Made by a program: the position numbers and the translations under genes. A stretch of 63,384 nucleotides of DNA, filler included, from Choristocarpus tenellus KU-1152 (lineage: Eukaryota > Protista > Phaeophyceae): the NCBI GenBank assembly GCA_964200185.2. It is 10 parts of 10 records of this genome, joined end to end, with 100 filler letters (N's around TTAATTAATTAA, not from the genome) between each part and the next. Parts side by side here need not be neighbours in the genome. Positions count along the whole stretch, not along the records: positions 20,680 to 28,495 come from CAXNAD020005545.1; positions 28,596 to 34,383 come from CAXNAD020009751.1; positions 34,484 to 39,258 come from CAXNAD020013104.1; 7 more parts are not named here. One strand, given 5' to 3'. The notes beneath the pieces are model-generated. The model had not been told where the DNA came from. It searched no databases and saw nothing but the letters and a program-made list of their open reading frames with translations. Below, in pieces: positions 23,449 through 35,449 of this stretch; position 1 is the first letter of the stretch; the number at the start of each line of letters is the position of its first letter.

Positions 23449-26400
23449 ATGTATTCGATGGGAACACTTCCAGAGATCGCGAGGTGGTGGCGACGGGAAT
23501 CCGGGAAGCAATCATCGTCTCGTAGGGGAGGATGTGTGATCGAAGAGGGAGTTCAATCAACGAATCCCCAGACACTACTTCTTGAGGTCATGAGGTAAGC
23601 GATTTTGAACATGTCTGGGCATACAAAGGATCAGGGGGGTGGCATGATCTTATTACCCAGATTTGAACAGTGAACGTGACAACCCTAAGATGATGCCTTT
23701 CGCACAGGAGTGAAGAGGGGAGGATCTTTGCTCGAGAGAGGGTGGACACACTAAAGCGTGAACTGCGATGGAGTGATGACCCAGAGAAGCGTTGCCTCTT
23801 GGGTGCGTATTGGTCTTCGAAAGATGGCAATTCCTGTTGCGTGTGGAACGTGCTTTCCTTGGATCCAAGGCGTGTTGTCGGACCAGACCATTGCCTTTTT
23901 ATCTGTCATTGATGTCGACTGTTTAGTTGCAGAGCTAGTGTAATGTGCTTGTGTCGCGGACATATCTGCTGGCAGTAAAGTAGTTGACTGAGTAGGTGAG
24001 TCTTTTTCCAGTGCAACAGGTTAGGACATCATCCCCTTAAAGATTGGCAAATTCGCGCGCTGCTCTTGGGGCATACCATGCAGCTTTGGTCTGTAAGTAC
24101 GGCACAACACTTTAAGTGCTTCCATTCTCCATACTGCCTGGCTGTATAGAGTGTAGGTAGGATGGCAGACTGAAAACGCTTAAGGGTTGCTCGCATGGCA
24201 CGACAACACTCTGCATGAAAAAGTCGCGCGAACAATTACTAGCTCCAGTTTAGGTTGTGAAGGATGCACCAATAAGCTGACTTTATCAGCAATAACAAAG
24301 ATTGTCTTTCCCAAAGGTCTGACCATTGATTGGTAGGGTAGTTGCAGGAGAAAACATGATGGGTGAGCAAACAAAGCTACTCTCTATGTATGAACTCCAT
24401 CCAATATTCATGTACCTTGCAATACAGACATAGCAGGTCTTTCAATGTACCGAGCCTACTTCTACTTGTTGGTAATTCAAATTAGTTCATCAACAAAACA
24501 CCATACTGTAATCAAGGTTAGTCCAGTAAATGTATTCCCAGAGGTCACAAGCGTTCTAACTGAAAGGCAAAACAAATTCCCTACTCCAATGTCAGGCAGC
24601 CTTTCTACACTCATAGTAATTTCTGGTCTGTTTACACACCTCACACCTGCCTTAACACAAATTTGTAACAACTCCATCATTTTCAAGCCTGCCCACTGTT
24701 ACACTCCTCCATGGTTATCATTGCTTGTTGTGGTTTCAAATTTTCAAATTCAGTAGGTGTTCCATAATCATGCTCTCACCCCCCCCTCCCCCCCTCCCAT
24801 AAATAAAAACAGCACTCTACCTAGAGAAAATGGGGGAAGAACACCTTCAAGAGGCTGCAAAAGAGATGGAGGTTGCCCTTGGTCTCCTTGCTAGGAGGTG
24901 CGGGGATGGTTTTTGCACTTGTCTGTTGGGTGTGCTACTCTGAAAAATGTTTTGTGACAGTTATGGTGTTGTTGTTGGCTGAGATTTTGGGGAAGTAATT
25001 GCTTGGATTTGTGTAAACCAATTGCTCTCACTGGATAAAATGGTTATGTCACATAAGTATGTTTCATGCAAAGCATAATTAAAAGTACATGAACAGAGAG
25101 TTTTCAAGTCCTCTTATGGGGACAGGCTATCATATTGTACATACTGTTTGTATGTCAAGGCCATACGACATAAACATTGTACTTAAAACGATCACTATGT
25201 GCATCATCAGGGCAGTGCAGATAGAACATCTGTGAGACAAATGTTGCAGGTGTAAGTTGTATCTACAGTAGTGTTCTACTGTGTACATTCTTCACTGCTT
25301 TTCTGTCATGTAGGACATAACAGTGTTTCTGCGTAGCTATGTCCTGGAAATTGAAGTGTGGTGCGATCTCTGTCTCTTGACCTTCAGTCAGGGAGAGATG
25401 TACAGCACAGGAGTGGTTAGTTGACCCCCACCTTGGCACAACCATGCACTACTCAGTGGCAACCACATTGGCATAGCTCCCACTTCTATCTTTTACGTTA
25501 TCTTTTCCCCTCCTGAATGTAACATATCTAGCTCTGAAAATGATTTGTGATCAGTCTTGTCAAATCTAGGAACACAAGGATTGCTTATAACCCTCTAGCA
25601 CGTTTCAAAACAAACAGTTGGTATTTGTGACAATCTGGTCAATAAATTGGAGGAAAGGGTTTTTAGTGATACGCTATGTTTTTATTATTAGTTGGCCAAC
25701 ATGACATGCCTCCACCATAAGATGTACTTTACGTAAACCAACCTACCCTCAGGCATGCCAGTCAACCGTCCAGGGGCATTGGGGGCAGTAGGTTAGTTGA
25801 CCTCAGCACTACCAAAGGTGGTGGCCTGGCTAGTTGGGCACTGGGGGAGAGAGTTCGACTCAACAAGGCCTGCAGGGCATTGGAAATCCGTAAGAAGGCG
25901 TTACTGACAGGGACTGTGACCAGTAACAGACAGTGTCCAAAGGCAGTGTTCCAGAAGGAACGGACTCAAGATGGGAGCAGGGTTTGGAGTGATGGCTCTT
26001 GGAAGGAGGGTGTGGAGGAAAAGGAGGGCGAGGTTAAGTTTGACTGTGAAGTTGGGGAGGATGAAAGGCATAACCAATGTAGGGCACATTCTGGTCCAAT
26101 TCTTGAGCCTGTTGTGGAAAGGTGAAAGCAGTGGAGGGCAGACTGAGGAGATTGTTTGCTTGTCTGGTTGCTCCATTCTTAAGATATGTGGTGTAGAGGA
26201 GTAAGAGGTGAATATAGTGGGACTGATGAATGTTGCTGTTGAAGATGAAGTTTGAATAACTTGGATTGGTCAGTGTTGGGGTTTAGGTTCATATATATAT
26301 ACTGTGGCTTCTTCACCAGGCCAATGGATAGATTGAATTAGATTGAATAAAGATGCTTCTTGGAAGGGAACAGGAGGGAGCCATTCCATTTCATTCTTCA

Positions 26401-28015
26401 CACTCCCATACAAATTGGAATTGAATTGAGCAGTAAGCACAATGTCTGTTGCTCCCCTCTCTATGTTCTGGTCCCTCCTGTCTTACACACTGTGGTTCAT
26501 TTCTCTCCTTCCACCTTCAGGGATACATCTATGGAATATGATGAGTTTGTGAAATGTTTCTCTTCCCCTGGTATACCAGTAGTGATCAAAGGTGGTGCTC
26601 GTCTCTGCTTCACCAAGGGACAGCCTTGGGGGCGAGAAGAGCTCAAAAAACATGCTGGCAGCAAGGTGAGCCACAGGTCTTTTCTGTGCTCAACATTTGT
26701 GCAATCTACCCATCACCTCAGCTTTCTTGTGCCCTTGTTTGCTGTCATGCTGTCATGTGTGCCCTGCTTGCCTTGTTGATAATCCTACTTGCTCCTACAG
26801 TTCAAGCTTTCGAGGCATTGAAGACTTCCATTCCCCACTCCTCTTCCTTTTACCTTGTCGCCATTTCATGCCAACTACACTTGTATCCTTTGTGCTACGT
26901 CAACCTAGATATCCTCATTTTGTTTGATTATCACAAAAGTGAATGCCAACAGGAGGTGCTGGACAAGTTGGCACACCATATTGCTGACTGTGTGGGGAAG
27001 AACTTTCTGCATCAATAGCTCCAAATTCCACACTGCAACAACGCCGAGTCAAAGAGCTCTTGCTGATGCCGATTTGTGCTCAACTGACATCAGGCAATGG
27101 TTTTGGCATTTTAAAAAGAGCTAAAGGGATATATTTTGGGAACAATTGCAACACCCACCTGCTGAGCACAGACACACTGATATGTTTTCCAATTCCTGCA
27201 CCGAACAACTGGCCGCTGCACTATGGGCTTGACATGCTTCAATTGCATTTTTACATGCGCCTGTACACTCTCACACAACACACGTAAAGGTGGTGCCGGT
27301 GTACCACTGGGTCCCCAACTCAGTCAGCTGGGCACGACTAGAAAAGGCCGGTGAAATGCGCCTTGAATCTCTCCTCAAGAAGCCAACCTCCAACAAAGCA
27401 GAGTCACCACTCTCCTCGACCCCTGGGCCAGCCCCTGGGCCAACAACAGTTTCCTCCACTCCTAGCAATGACACTACCGCTGCTCTCACCACTGGTAGTG
27501 AAGACGTGGGCTCCTCGCTTGTCCACCAGAGGGTTGTATCAGAGGGAGTTGTGTTGACAGCAGGGAATGCAGGAGGGAAAGACACAGTTAAAAAGAGGCA
27601 TTTGTCATCGGAGTCAATGGGAACAAAGGTGGTGTTCAAGCCATCCTCAACCCAGCGCCAAAATCCAGACTCACCTCTGGAGGAGCAATCACAAGATAAC
27701 AATGTGGCAAGTCTTGGAAACTATTTGTCATTTTCGCGAAAAAGGCATTGCCCAGAGGGCAAGGAGATGGCATTTGAGCCACAGGATGCTGTATCCATTG
27801 CTGATGGTAAAAAATGTAGTCGTGGTGGTGCAAGCATTATGGGAGCAGGGGATAGAATTGGTAGAGGTGGTGCTGGGGGTTGTGAGACTCTGGATGTGGA
27901 GGTGGGGGAGTGTTTGGAAGATGAGGGGGGAAGGGAGGCTGCATTGTATCTGCATGACTGGTCACTGCCACAGAATCTGAAGGAGGATTCTCCGCTGTTG
28001 AAAGGAACATTTCAG
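23449..28015 (+). CDS. JmjC/cupin-like domain protein, 3'-partial (exons ~23449-23594, 23708-23802, 24813-24897, 25753-26121, 26521-26665, 27290-28015)
   Basis: All exon junctions GT-AG and in phase; VER-DTSMEYDEFVKCFSSPGIPVVIKG..PWGREELKKHAGSK-VVPV...LYLHDWSLP is typical of JMJD4/JMJD8-like cupin_8 proteins. Start codon uncertain. Confidence 0.75.
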
Positions 28016-29771
28016 GTATTGACTGATTTTTGGCAGTAGCAGTATGTTGCTTTTGTGTTGTCTTTCTTGCCTCTGGTCACTATATCAGTTGCTGACTTCT
28101 TTTGTGCCTGTTGCTGTTTCAATTGAGAAGTGAGATTCAGACACCCTGTAGCCCATCACGTTCTGATGCTGCTGTACACTTTTCAAAAATTATTATTGTT
28201 TGTATCATAACCCTTTGCTTGCTTGGAGGTGTTTTTATATATATACACCGAAGTGTGTCTGGAGTGTGCTTTTTTGTTTTGTGTTTTGTGTATGTTATGA
28301 CCAGGTGGTGTTTCCCCTCATGTTCTCAACAACATCATCCCAGTGTCTTTTGCTTTCATACTATCAAATTATGTTGGTGCTATTTTAGTGTAGCTTACTT
28401 ACGATCATAACAATTCACCCCTCTTGCTTTTCTGGGATAGCTACTCCATTGATTCCGAGATGGGTGTTCTCATGGACCCCCCCCCCCCTATATGGNNNNN
28501 NNNNNNNNNNNNNNNNNNNNNNNNNNNNNNNNNNNNNNNTTAATTAATTAANNNNNNNNNNNNNNNNNNNNNNNNNNNNNNNNNNNNNNNNNNNNAAGCC
28601 CGCAGTTCGTCAACAGGGTGTTTGTGGTGGGGGGGGGGGGGGGGGGGGGGGGGGGAGGGGGGGAGGGGGGGAGTAGGAGGGAAACAAAAAACAATATAGT
28701 AAGGTAAGGCTTAGCATAGGCATGTTGCCAGTAGAAGAAAGAAAAGGACTGCAACAGAGCTGCAAAGGGGGATTGAGTATGTGGGGCAATTAGGTGAGGG
28801 GATTGTTTAGTAGGGGCAAGGCAGATAATAGAACAGAGGAAAGGGGGAGTGTGGCGGTCTCTGAATAATAGGTAAACCAGGCAACAACCATGGTTGGGGT
28901 AGCGTGAAGGCACAAAGGAGGGAGACCAAGGAATCAAGAATTGGCAAGGTGGATGAGGGAGGACGAAAAAACGAATGTGCAGGGGTGAGGGGGTGATAAC
29001 ATGGTGACATATTGCAGTTTTGCGGGCGCATTGCTTCAATCGTCATACAAACAGTGATGATAAAAAACTCGAAAGCTCTGTTGAGACAAAGTGCATTGGT
29101 GCTGAATTATTCTTAGTACAAACAAAATATGTCAGGCAAGCGAAGTCTGGTGCACAGTTATCTGTTTTGACATCAGCAAGGTTGCCTTTGATGGGGAAAG
29201 GTATATGGGGAAATGTCTAGATGAAGCAGAGGTTCAGCAAGGGAATCATGAGTGGACGATGCATATTGAGGGATTTGCTGCACAACTACCTTGAAGTTAC
29301 CGAATGACTTTAACGTGTGCGTACACTTGGCTAAGAGCATGTCTACAAATCGGTGTGACGCCCATGCGTAGATGCACATACAAGGCTAGTGAGGGACGAG
29401 ATTTGACATAGAGCCTCAAATATCGGTAATCCGAGAAAACGGGCAGGATCACACATGTTGCACAAAAGGGGTATCTGTATACACTGGGAGTCCAACTACG
29501 TGACAGCTGTGACATAGATATTTGGTACTGTATAGGCACTTGCACGCACCAAATCTCCAAGGGGCAGATCATCTGCACTAAGTGAAGGTAGCGCCATGCC
29601 ATCTGCTTCAACAATGACAAGGTTCAAAGTGACAGCAACTGGTTTCAACCTCTCATACTCCGCTCTCCTTTTGCAACTATCTGGTAAACTCCCGCATGCA
29701 TAGGGCACCAAAGACCAAATGAAGGAACACTGACCAAAACAGAAAAACTTATACTTCTAGAGCATACTCAC

Positions 29772-30623
29772 CCTGTGCCTTGTCCGGAATCTTCTCGAGC
29801 TCCTTCAGACACTGCTGAGTGTAGAACGTAAGATAGATAAGGGTACGGTCTGCGGCACCCTTTATCTCGAAATTTCTGAAAAGGACATTGGCACGGAAGA
29901 AATACAGGGCCTCCGCCACGATGTCATCTTGCCCTTCATACACAAGGACATAACAGCGAAGTACATTGCATTACGGACAAGCATGAACAAAGGAGGGAGG
30001 TTGGCAGTACCCATGAAATATTGGGTTACAGTTACCTTGCTGATTCCGTGAAGGACTCTGTAGACTGATCGGTCAGGAAAACCTACTCTCTGCTTCTCAA
30101 TTCGTACTCCTTACCGGGTTGCAGCAATTGGGCAGGCCCCCGAAATTTGGTCGCAAGCGGAAGAATTGCACACCCACACGCCACTTCGCAGTCAATATTA
30201 CCGAGCTTTGAGTGATAAGCGGGCTAACAAAAACGAGAGGAGATGGGATGATTTGGAAAAAATAGACATGGGGGGTGTTACGGGATTGTCAAAGTAGAGC
30301 GATAGAAGGCTGAAGTCACAAAGAAGAACAGCGGTAAGGTACACAGTTGCCCACAAGTATCAGCAGACTAGCAGACAGAGAGGTGCACTCTAATGTTCTA
30401 CAGTCATGGGTCCTGACACGATCAGGGAGTATAAGTGCTCTGCATCAAGGAAAAACATGGATAAGAGATATGCTTGTACCCCAACAAAGTTTTGGGGCAC
30501 CTCGCCTTTGACAAGTGTTTCACGGAGGAGGGCAAGCGATCTTACTCCTCTGGGTGCATCCCTGGCAGAATAATCCACCAAGTTCATGGTAGATTATCAA
30601 GAGGGCAGAGAAATGCTCACCAT
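29772..30623 (-). CDS. ARPC3: Arp2/3 complex subunit 3 (p21-Arc), 3'-partial (exons 30623-30621, 30223-30115, 29933-29772)
   Basis: [22 protein letters not shown]..[37 protein letters not shown] is the hallmark ARPC3 sequence. Confidence 0.95.
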
Positions 30624-31316
30624 GGCTAAAGGACCAGAGGATTCAGGTAGAGAAGATGACTATAGTAGTTGGAGGAGGTTTTTCTCCTTCCAACAAACCT
30701 ATCATCTCCAAATCTCCAAATCTCGATTCAAACATCAAATATCGTTAGTGCCAAAAGTTGATATCGTGTTATCACATATCGTTCTTAGTAGTTTATTAAG
30801 CATATGTTATGACATAAAATGGTACGATATTTCATTGAACATTAACACACAGCGTTGAGACACTACATTTTATGATACGATATATGTTAGGTTAAAAGAA
30901 CAACACTATGTTATGCCTGTAACACAAAACACAAAAACTTATTTTGTAGTACTATTACCTCGTGACTGTAACACGCCAACCAAAACATACCAAACACTAT
31001 GTTACACCCTTAACATACCACACAAAATCATGGATATGCTCCTTACGACACATGTACCCAATTATTGACTTACATAGTGATATAAGAGTAGTATGTTGTT
31101 TAACGTTTGAAGGATTGTAGTTACATCTTACCTCTATACTTTGTTCATTTATCATCATGCCCTCTGGCATTATGAGCATGTTGTGTCAAGGAAAAAGCCA
31201 AACCAGTATCACTAGGACCCTCGGATCCATTCTCCCCAATCTGCAATTTAGAGACCCTTTTACTGCCTGTGGAAGAAAAAGCCTGTCAATATCTACACGA
31301 CATTTTCTTTTTGAGC

Positions 31317-32457
31317 TCATAAGTCTTCCTGCACCCCTTGTGTCCCTACTCCATTTCCATTGCTGTTCCCAAACCCCAGAGGGTCATCTCCACGGATGGC
31401 CTTGAGTATCATGGTAAAGACCAACGCACAAATTCCCACTGCTACTGCCTTGCCAGCCTCAGTCATCAATAATGTTTGCCAGGGCCGTGGTACTTGGGGG
31501 TATGCCTCCTTCTCCCCTCCAGCTCTTGGAGTCTCAATTCTAATTGCAGCTGCTGACACCCCAGGTACTTCCCTTGCTGTTCCTGCCAACCCCCCTTCCC
31601 CTGGTCGTTGCCCTCTACTTCCTGTCACTAGTGGGATTTGAGTGCCTTGTTCTGATGCTGGGGGTTTGACCTCTCCCCCCCTTTTGAGCTGCTGCGGGGA
31701 CAGGCCGCAGCCTGCAAGCACGTTGGCCAGCGGCACACTCATGCCAGCATGACGACAGGCATGCTGAAGTTCTACCAGTTTCTCGAACACAGCTTGGATC
31801 CTTTTTGGTCAGACGAGGACAGAGGGGGTGGGGTGTGCATGAAGCCTACAGTATCTCACTTTAGGGGCGAGGAGTCACTACATATCGCTCTTCCCCTAGG
31901 AAATACGCAAAATAGTGATTCTCCTTCCATTGATTTTTCAAACATCACTAGTTCGAGCTATCGTCGATGGATATCATGCACAGGTATAGATGGAGATCAG
32001 GGGAGGAAACTGCCAATATACTGAAAATTTACAAGGGTTTATTTAAATTATCAGTCCCGCTACCCTCCCAGCATTTGCTGCAGCTTCCTCTAAGTTTTTC
32101 CTGTGGTTTCACTGCTGGGTTCGCAAGGCACAATAAGATTTCGCTCAAACCTGAAGTTTTCATCCATCAGCTGATCCGCTTCTTCCTGAGGTAATCGCTT
32201 CTCGCCCGTCCAGTGTGCCAGTGCTTGTCGAACTTGAGGGTGACGGATGTCATCTTGAAGGAGCTGAAACAGGTAAAATTGTTTGTTCGGGGCGATATGG
32301 AGAGCAAGAGTAAACAGGAAGCTGATCTTTCAGCTCGTCCTTCAATGAAAAACAGCCTTGTGGTCACAGCGTACCTTGTCCTGTTTAAGCCTTCGTAGAA
32401 TGCCGTCAACTCTCTCCAGGTCATCAACACGTGGTCCACCAACAGGAATGCTTGGAT
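31317..32457 (-). CDS. Hypothetical protein with C-terminal hydrophobic segment, 5' end unresolved (at least 3 exons)
   Basis: In-phase splicing: DPSIPVGG..RRLKQDK-LLQDDIRHPQVRQALAHWTGEKRLP..ENF-R-IQAVFEKLVELQHAC...AVAVGICALVFTMILKAI. Confidence 0.65.
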
Positions 32458-33061
32458 CTGTAGTGAGATATCCATCGGCCGCGCAGAGAGTGAGGTTGGT
32501 TCAGCACTACACTGCTACCCATGGGGTGTTGTATCAAACTCTGTTCCGATGTATAAAAAACTACCAACTTCAGCTAAGAGAGTACCAATGCCTGAGCGCC
32601 CGTCCGACCAAGACATCCACGGGATTCGGAGAACGTAGAGGTTGCAGTGGCTCCCAGCCAGAATCAATAACGTGCTGTTCAGGGTTTGATACAACCTTCA
32701 AAATGAGTGCAATATTCTATCATGGTCGAATGTAACTCCAGAGGTCTGGGACGATTTGGTTTGCAGTTATAGTTTTTGTAACACATGAGCAGCATGTCCT
32801 GCGAGTGCCATTTTCTATCCCCACGCGCGCCAGCCTTGAACACAACAGCCCATTCAAGTCCGAAGAAAGCGACTTGCAGGATAGAAAGAGCTTTCCTGAG
32901 GTGGGTGGGCGGTTTGTCGGACGGTGGGTGCCATCCATCCGTCATTCGTTCGACGCAGAACGAGCTTTTGATCAGAAGTGGATGATCTCGCGCGGAAGAA
33001 GAAGTCGAAACCTGCGAAATCTTGATAGAAGGACCTAAAGAGGAAAGAGAACTAACCCACC

Positions 33062-34383
33062 ATGAGTATTCAAGACGGCGGTGAGCTAAGGATACAAGAC
33101 ATTGATGGGGGAAGAGTTTTTCTGAAAAGGAACAGGGATGGTGAGAGGGGGGTACCCAAGGTCAAGCGAAAGGCCATCTCGCCGGTCATGGCTGATGCAT
33201 CCCAAATTGCGGATTCAGTCGACGGGATGGAAGCCTCATTCAGACCAATAGCGCACACTCCTCCTCCTTCTCTGTCAACCTCCACTGGGTTAATTCTTCC
33301 CTGGACTTCTGGTCAAGGAGAAGCTGGTGCTAGATGCCTGGAGGAGAGCATTGACGGAAACTTGGGTGGGGGGTTGGGGGTCCAGTCAGGTGATCGCAAC
33401 CAAAACCTAGTGTCGGCCAGTATGGAGTTGGTCAAAGTGGAGCACCATATTGCCGAAGTTAACAAGAATCAGAACGTTTGCCCTGCTCTTCCGGTCGTGG
33501 AAGGTGGAAAGACCATGAGTAGAGGTAGGGGAAAGGGGAAGGCCAGAGCCGTTTCGCCGTTGGTTGTCCAGAGTAGAAAGTTTGGGAAAGTCAAGGATAA
33601 GATGGCAATGCCACCGAGATATCTGACGGGAAATGGAAACGAAGGTGACAATTCGACAAAGACCGCCCGTACCAGACTCGAAAACGGAACTCCAGAGAGC
33701 ATGGAAACTAGATCATCACCAAAGGTGGTTCCTGGTTTCACCGTGGTTGGAGGTAGCACCAATAGTCAAGCCACACTGAAGGGTGATGAGGCGAGTTGGC
33801 TCAACCGACGCACACGGTACATACCACTCACAAACCTCAGGGATGGAGAGAGTGTGGGAAAGAACAGTTTTGGTGAAGTTGGGGAACTCCAAAGTATCAG
33901 TGTTGACACACCAAATACCCAAGATAAGACAGAGATGATGGACACGGACGTCGAGAGGGAAAGGGAAGAGGATGTACCAAGTCTAAAAGTAAAACGACGC
34001 CGCCGCACACTTCGCCCCCCCACCCCACCTGAGGGATTCTCCTCAGGACAAAGTCAAGACCTGCAGCTGGCAGAAGTACTGAGCAGGGAGCCTGGGGTTG
34101 GGCGTCGCCTTCGCCGCCGTGTAGAAACTCCTTCTGATGATAGCAGTAGCAATGGCCCAGGAAGTGCTTCACCAAGTGAACAGGGAGCAGGCCAGGTCTT
34201 GGGGTCAATGCCAGCACGGGGCCTGGCACAGGCATCAGCTGTTCCTGTCAAAAAGAGGAACCGGCAGCTTTTAGTCAAGGCAGAGGAGATTGAGGTGGCC
34301 AATTCTGGAGGTACTTTCACAGAGGGGGGTGGGAGCCGTGGAGGAGGTCAGCGCCGGGGGCCCGGCAGACCATCAACGAGGGG
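33062..34383 (+). CDS. Long low-complexity protein, 3'-truncated; basic clusters, AT-hook-like RRGPGRP at contig end
   Basis: About 440 uninterrupted codons from ATG; no domain recognised. Confidence 0.65.
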
Positions 34384-34483
34384 NNNNNNNNNNNNNNNNN
34401 NNNNNNNNNNNNNNNNNNNNNNNNNNNTTAATTAATTAANNNNNNNNNNNNNNNNNNNNNNNNNNNNNNNNNNNNNNNNNNNN

Positions 34484-34578
34484 ATGAAACCAATCACACA
34501 AAAATCCCAACATAAAAAATGGGCCCCAAATGAACAGCCGCTGCCCCCGCCCCCCCCCCCCCCAAGATACTTCGAGCT
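34484..34578 (+). mobile_element. MITE family A, right half
   Basis: AATCACACAAAAATC..CCAAATGAACAGCC-polyC-AAGATACTTCGAGCT. Confidence 0.8.
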
Positions 34579-34772
34579 AGACCAATGTCGTGTAGTACAA
34601 TCAATCCTCGATGATATATATTTCAATTTCACAGTCGAGATATAAATCCAGTGTGAATGACTTGTGCAACGACAGTAGCTGGATAGGGTTGTCCTAACAT
34701 AAGGTGGGCGGTTCAATTCAATATCGGAGTAATGAGTATCAAAAGGTTGCCCCTTACACCAACTTTCAAGCA

Positions 34773-34808
<36 letters not shown>

Positions 34809-35449
34809 CATGTGCTCAGGCAAGGTTACAACATGAGGATATATGAACGCATACTTGATGTACTCTTGACTCTTGATGTACTCTCAAGGAATACCCAAGT
34901 ACTACAGGCAAACATACAAGTGAAGCTCGACTCTATTCAATGGCTCATGTGCAAGAGAGTCACTACCTCTGTATATTTGTAGTCCAAAACCATTCAGCAC
35001 TTTTCACACCCCAATCACGCAGACAAGCACTCACCTCACCTCACCTCGCCTCACATATGGTCCAACCTATAATCTATTTTCACATATTTTTCAATGAAAT
35101 GCTTTAAATATACACACAGACCTCATCCAAAATAACAAACAAAACATCGTCCTAACACCATGCACACGACAAGTCTCTTCCCTTTACACAACTCAAGCGC
35201 ATCACGACTGCTACATACTCACATTCAATCAAGAGCAAAATTAAACAAAAAAGTCACAGGACACATTCACATATAGCCAACCACTAGAAAAGTGGAAGTG
35301 GACTCAGAGGGGTGGAAGAATTATATTATCCCAGTAGCACGTTTGACAAGACCATGAATTGGAAATCACACACACATGAAATACACTTATACATAATACA
35401 TACATATACATATACATACACATATACACACACTCATACATTTACATAC

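Noticed and set aside
23195-24374. Minus-strand ORFs, one with a LENG8/SAC3-like phrase (MEALKVLCRTYRPKL)
   Set aside because: Bounded by stops and largely antisense to or intronic within the plus-strand JmjC gene; likely chance.
29297-29711. Candidate 3' exons of ARPC3
   Set aside because: Translations do not match the conserved ARPC3 C-terminus; the remaining exons probably lie beyond the contig end.
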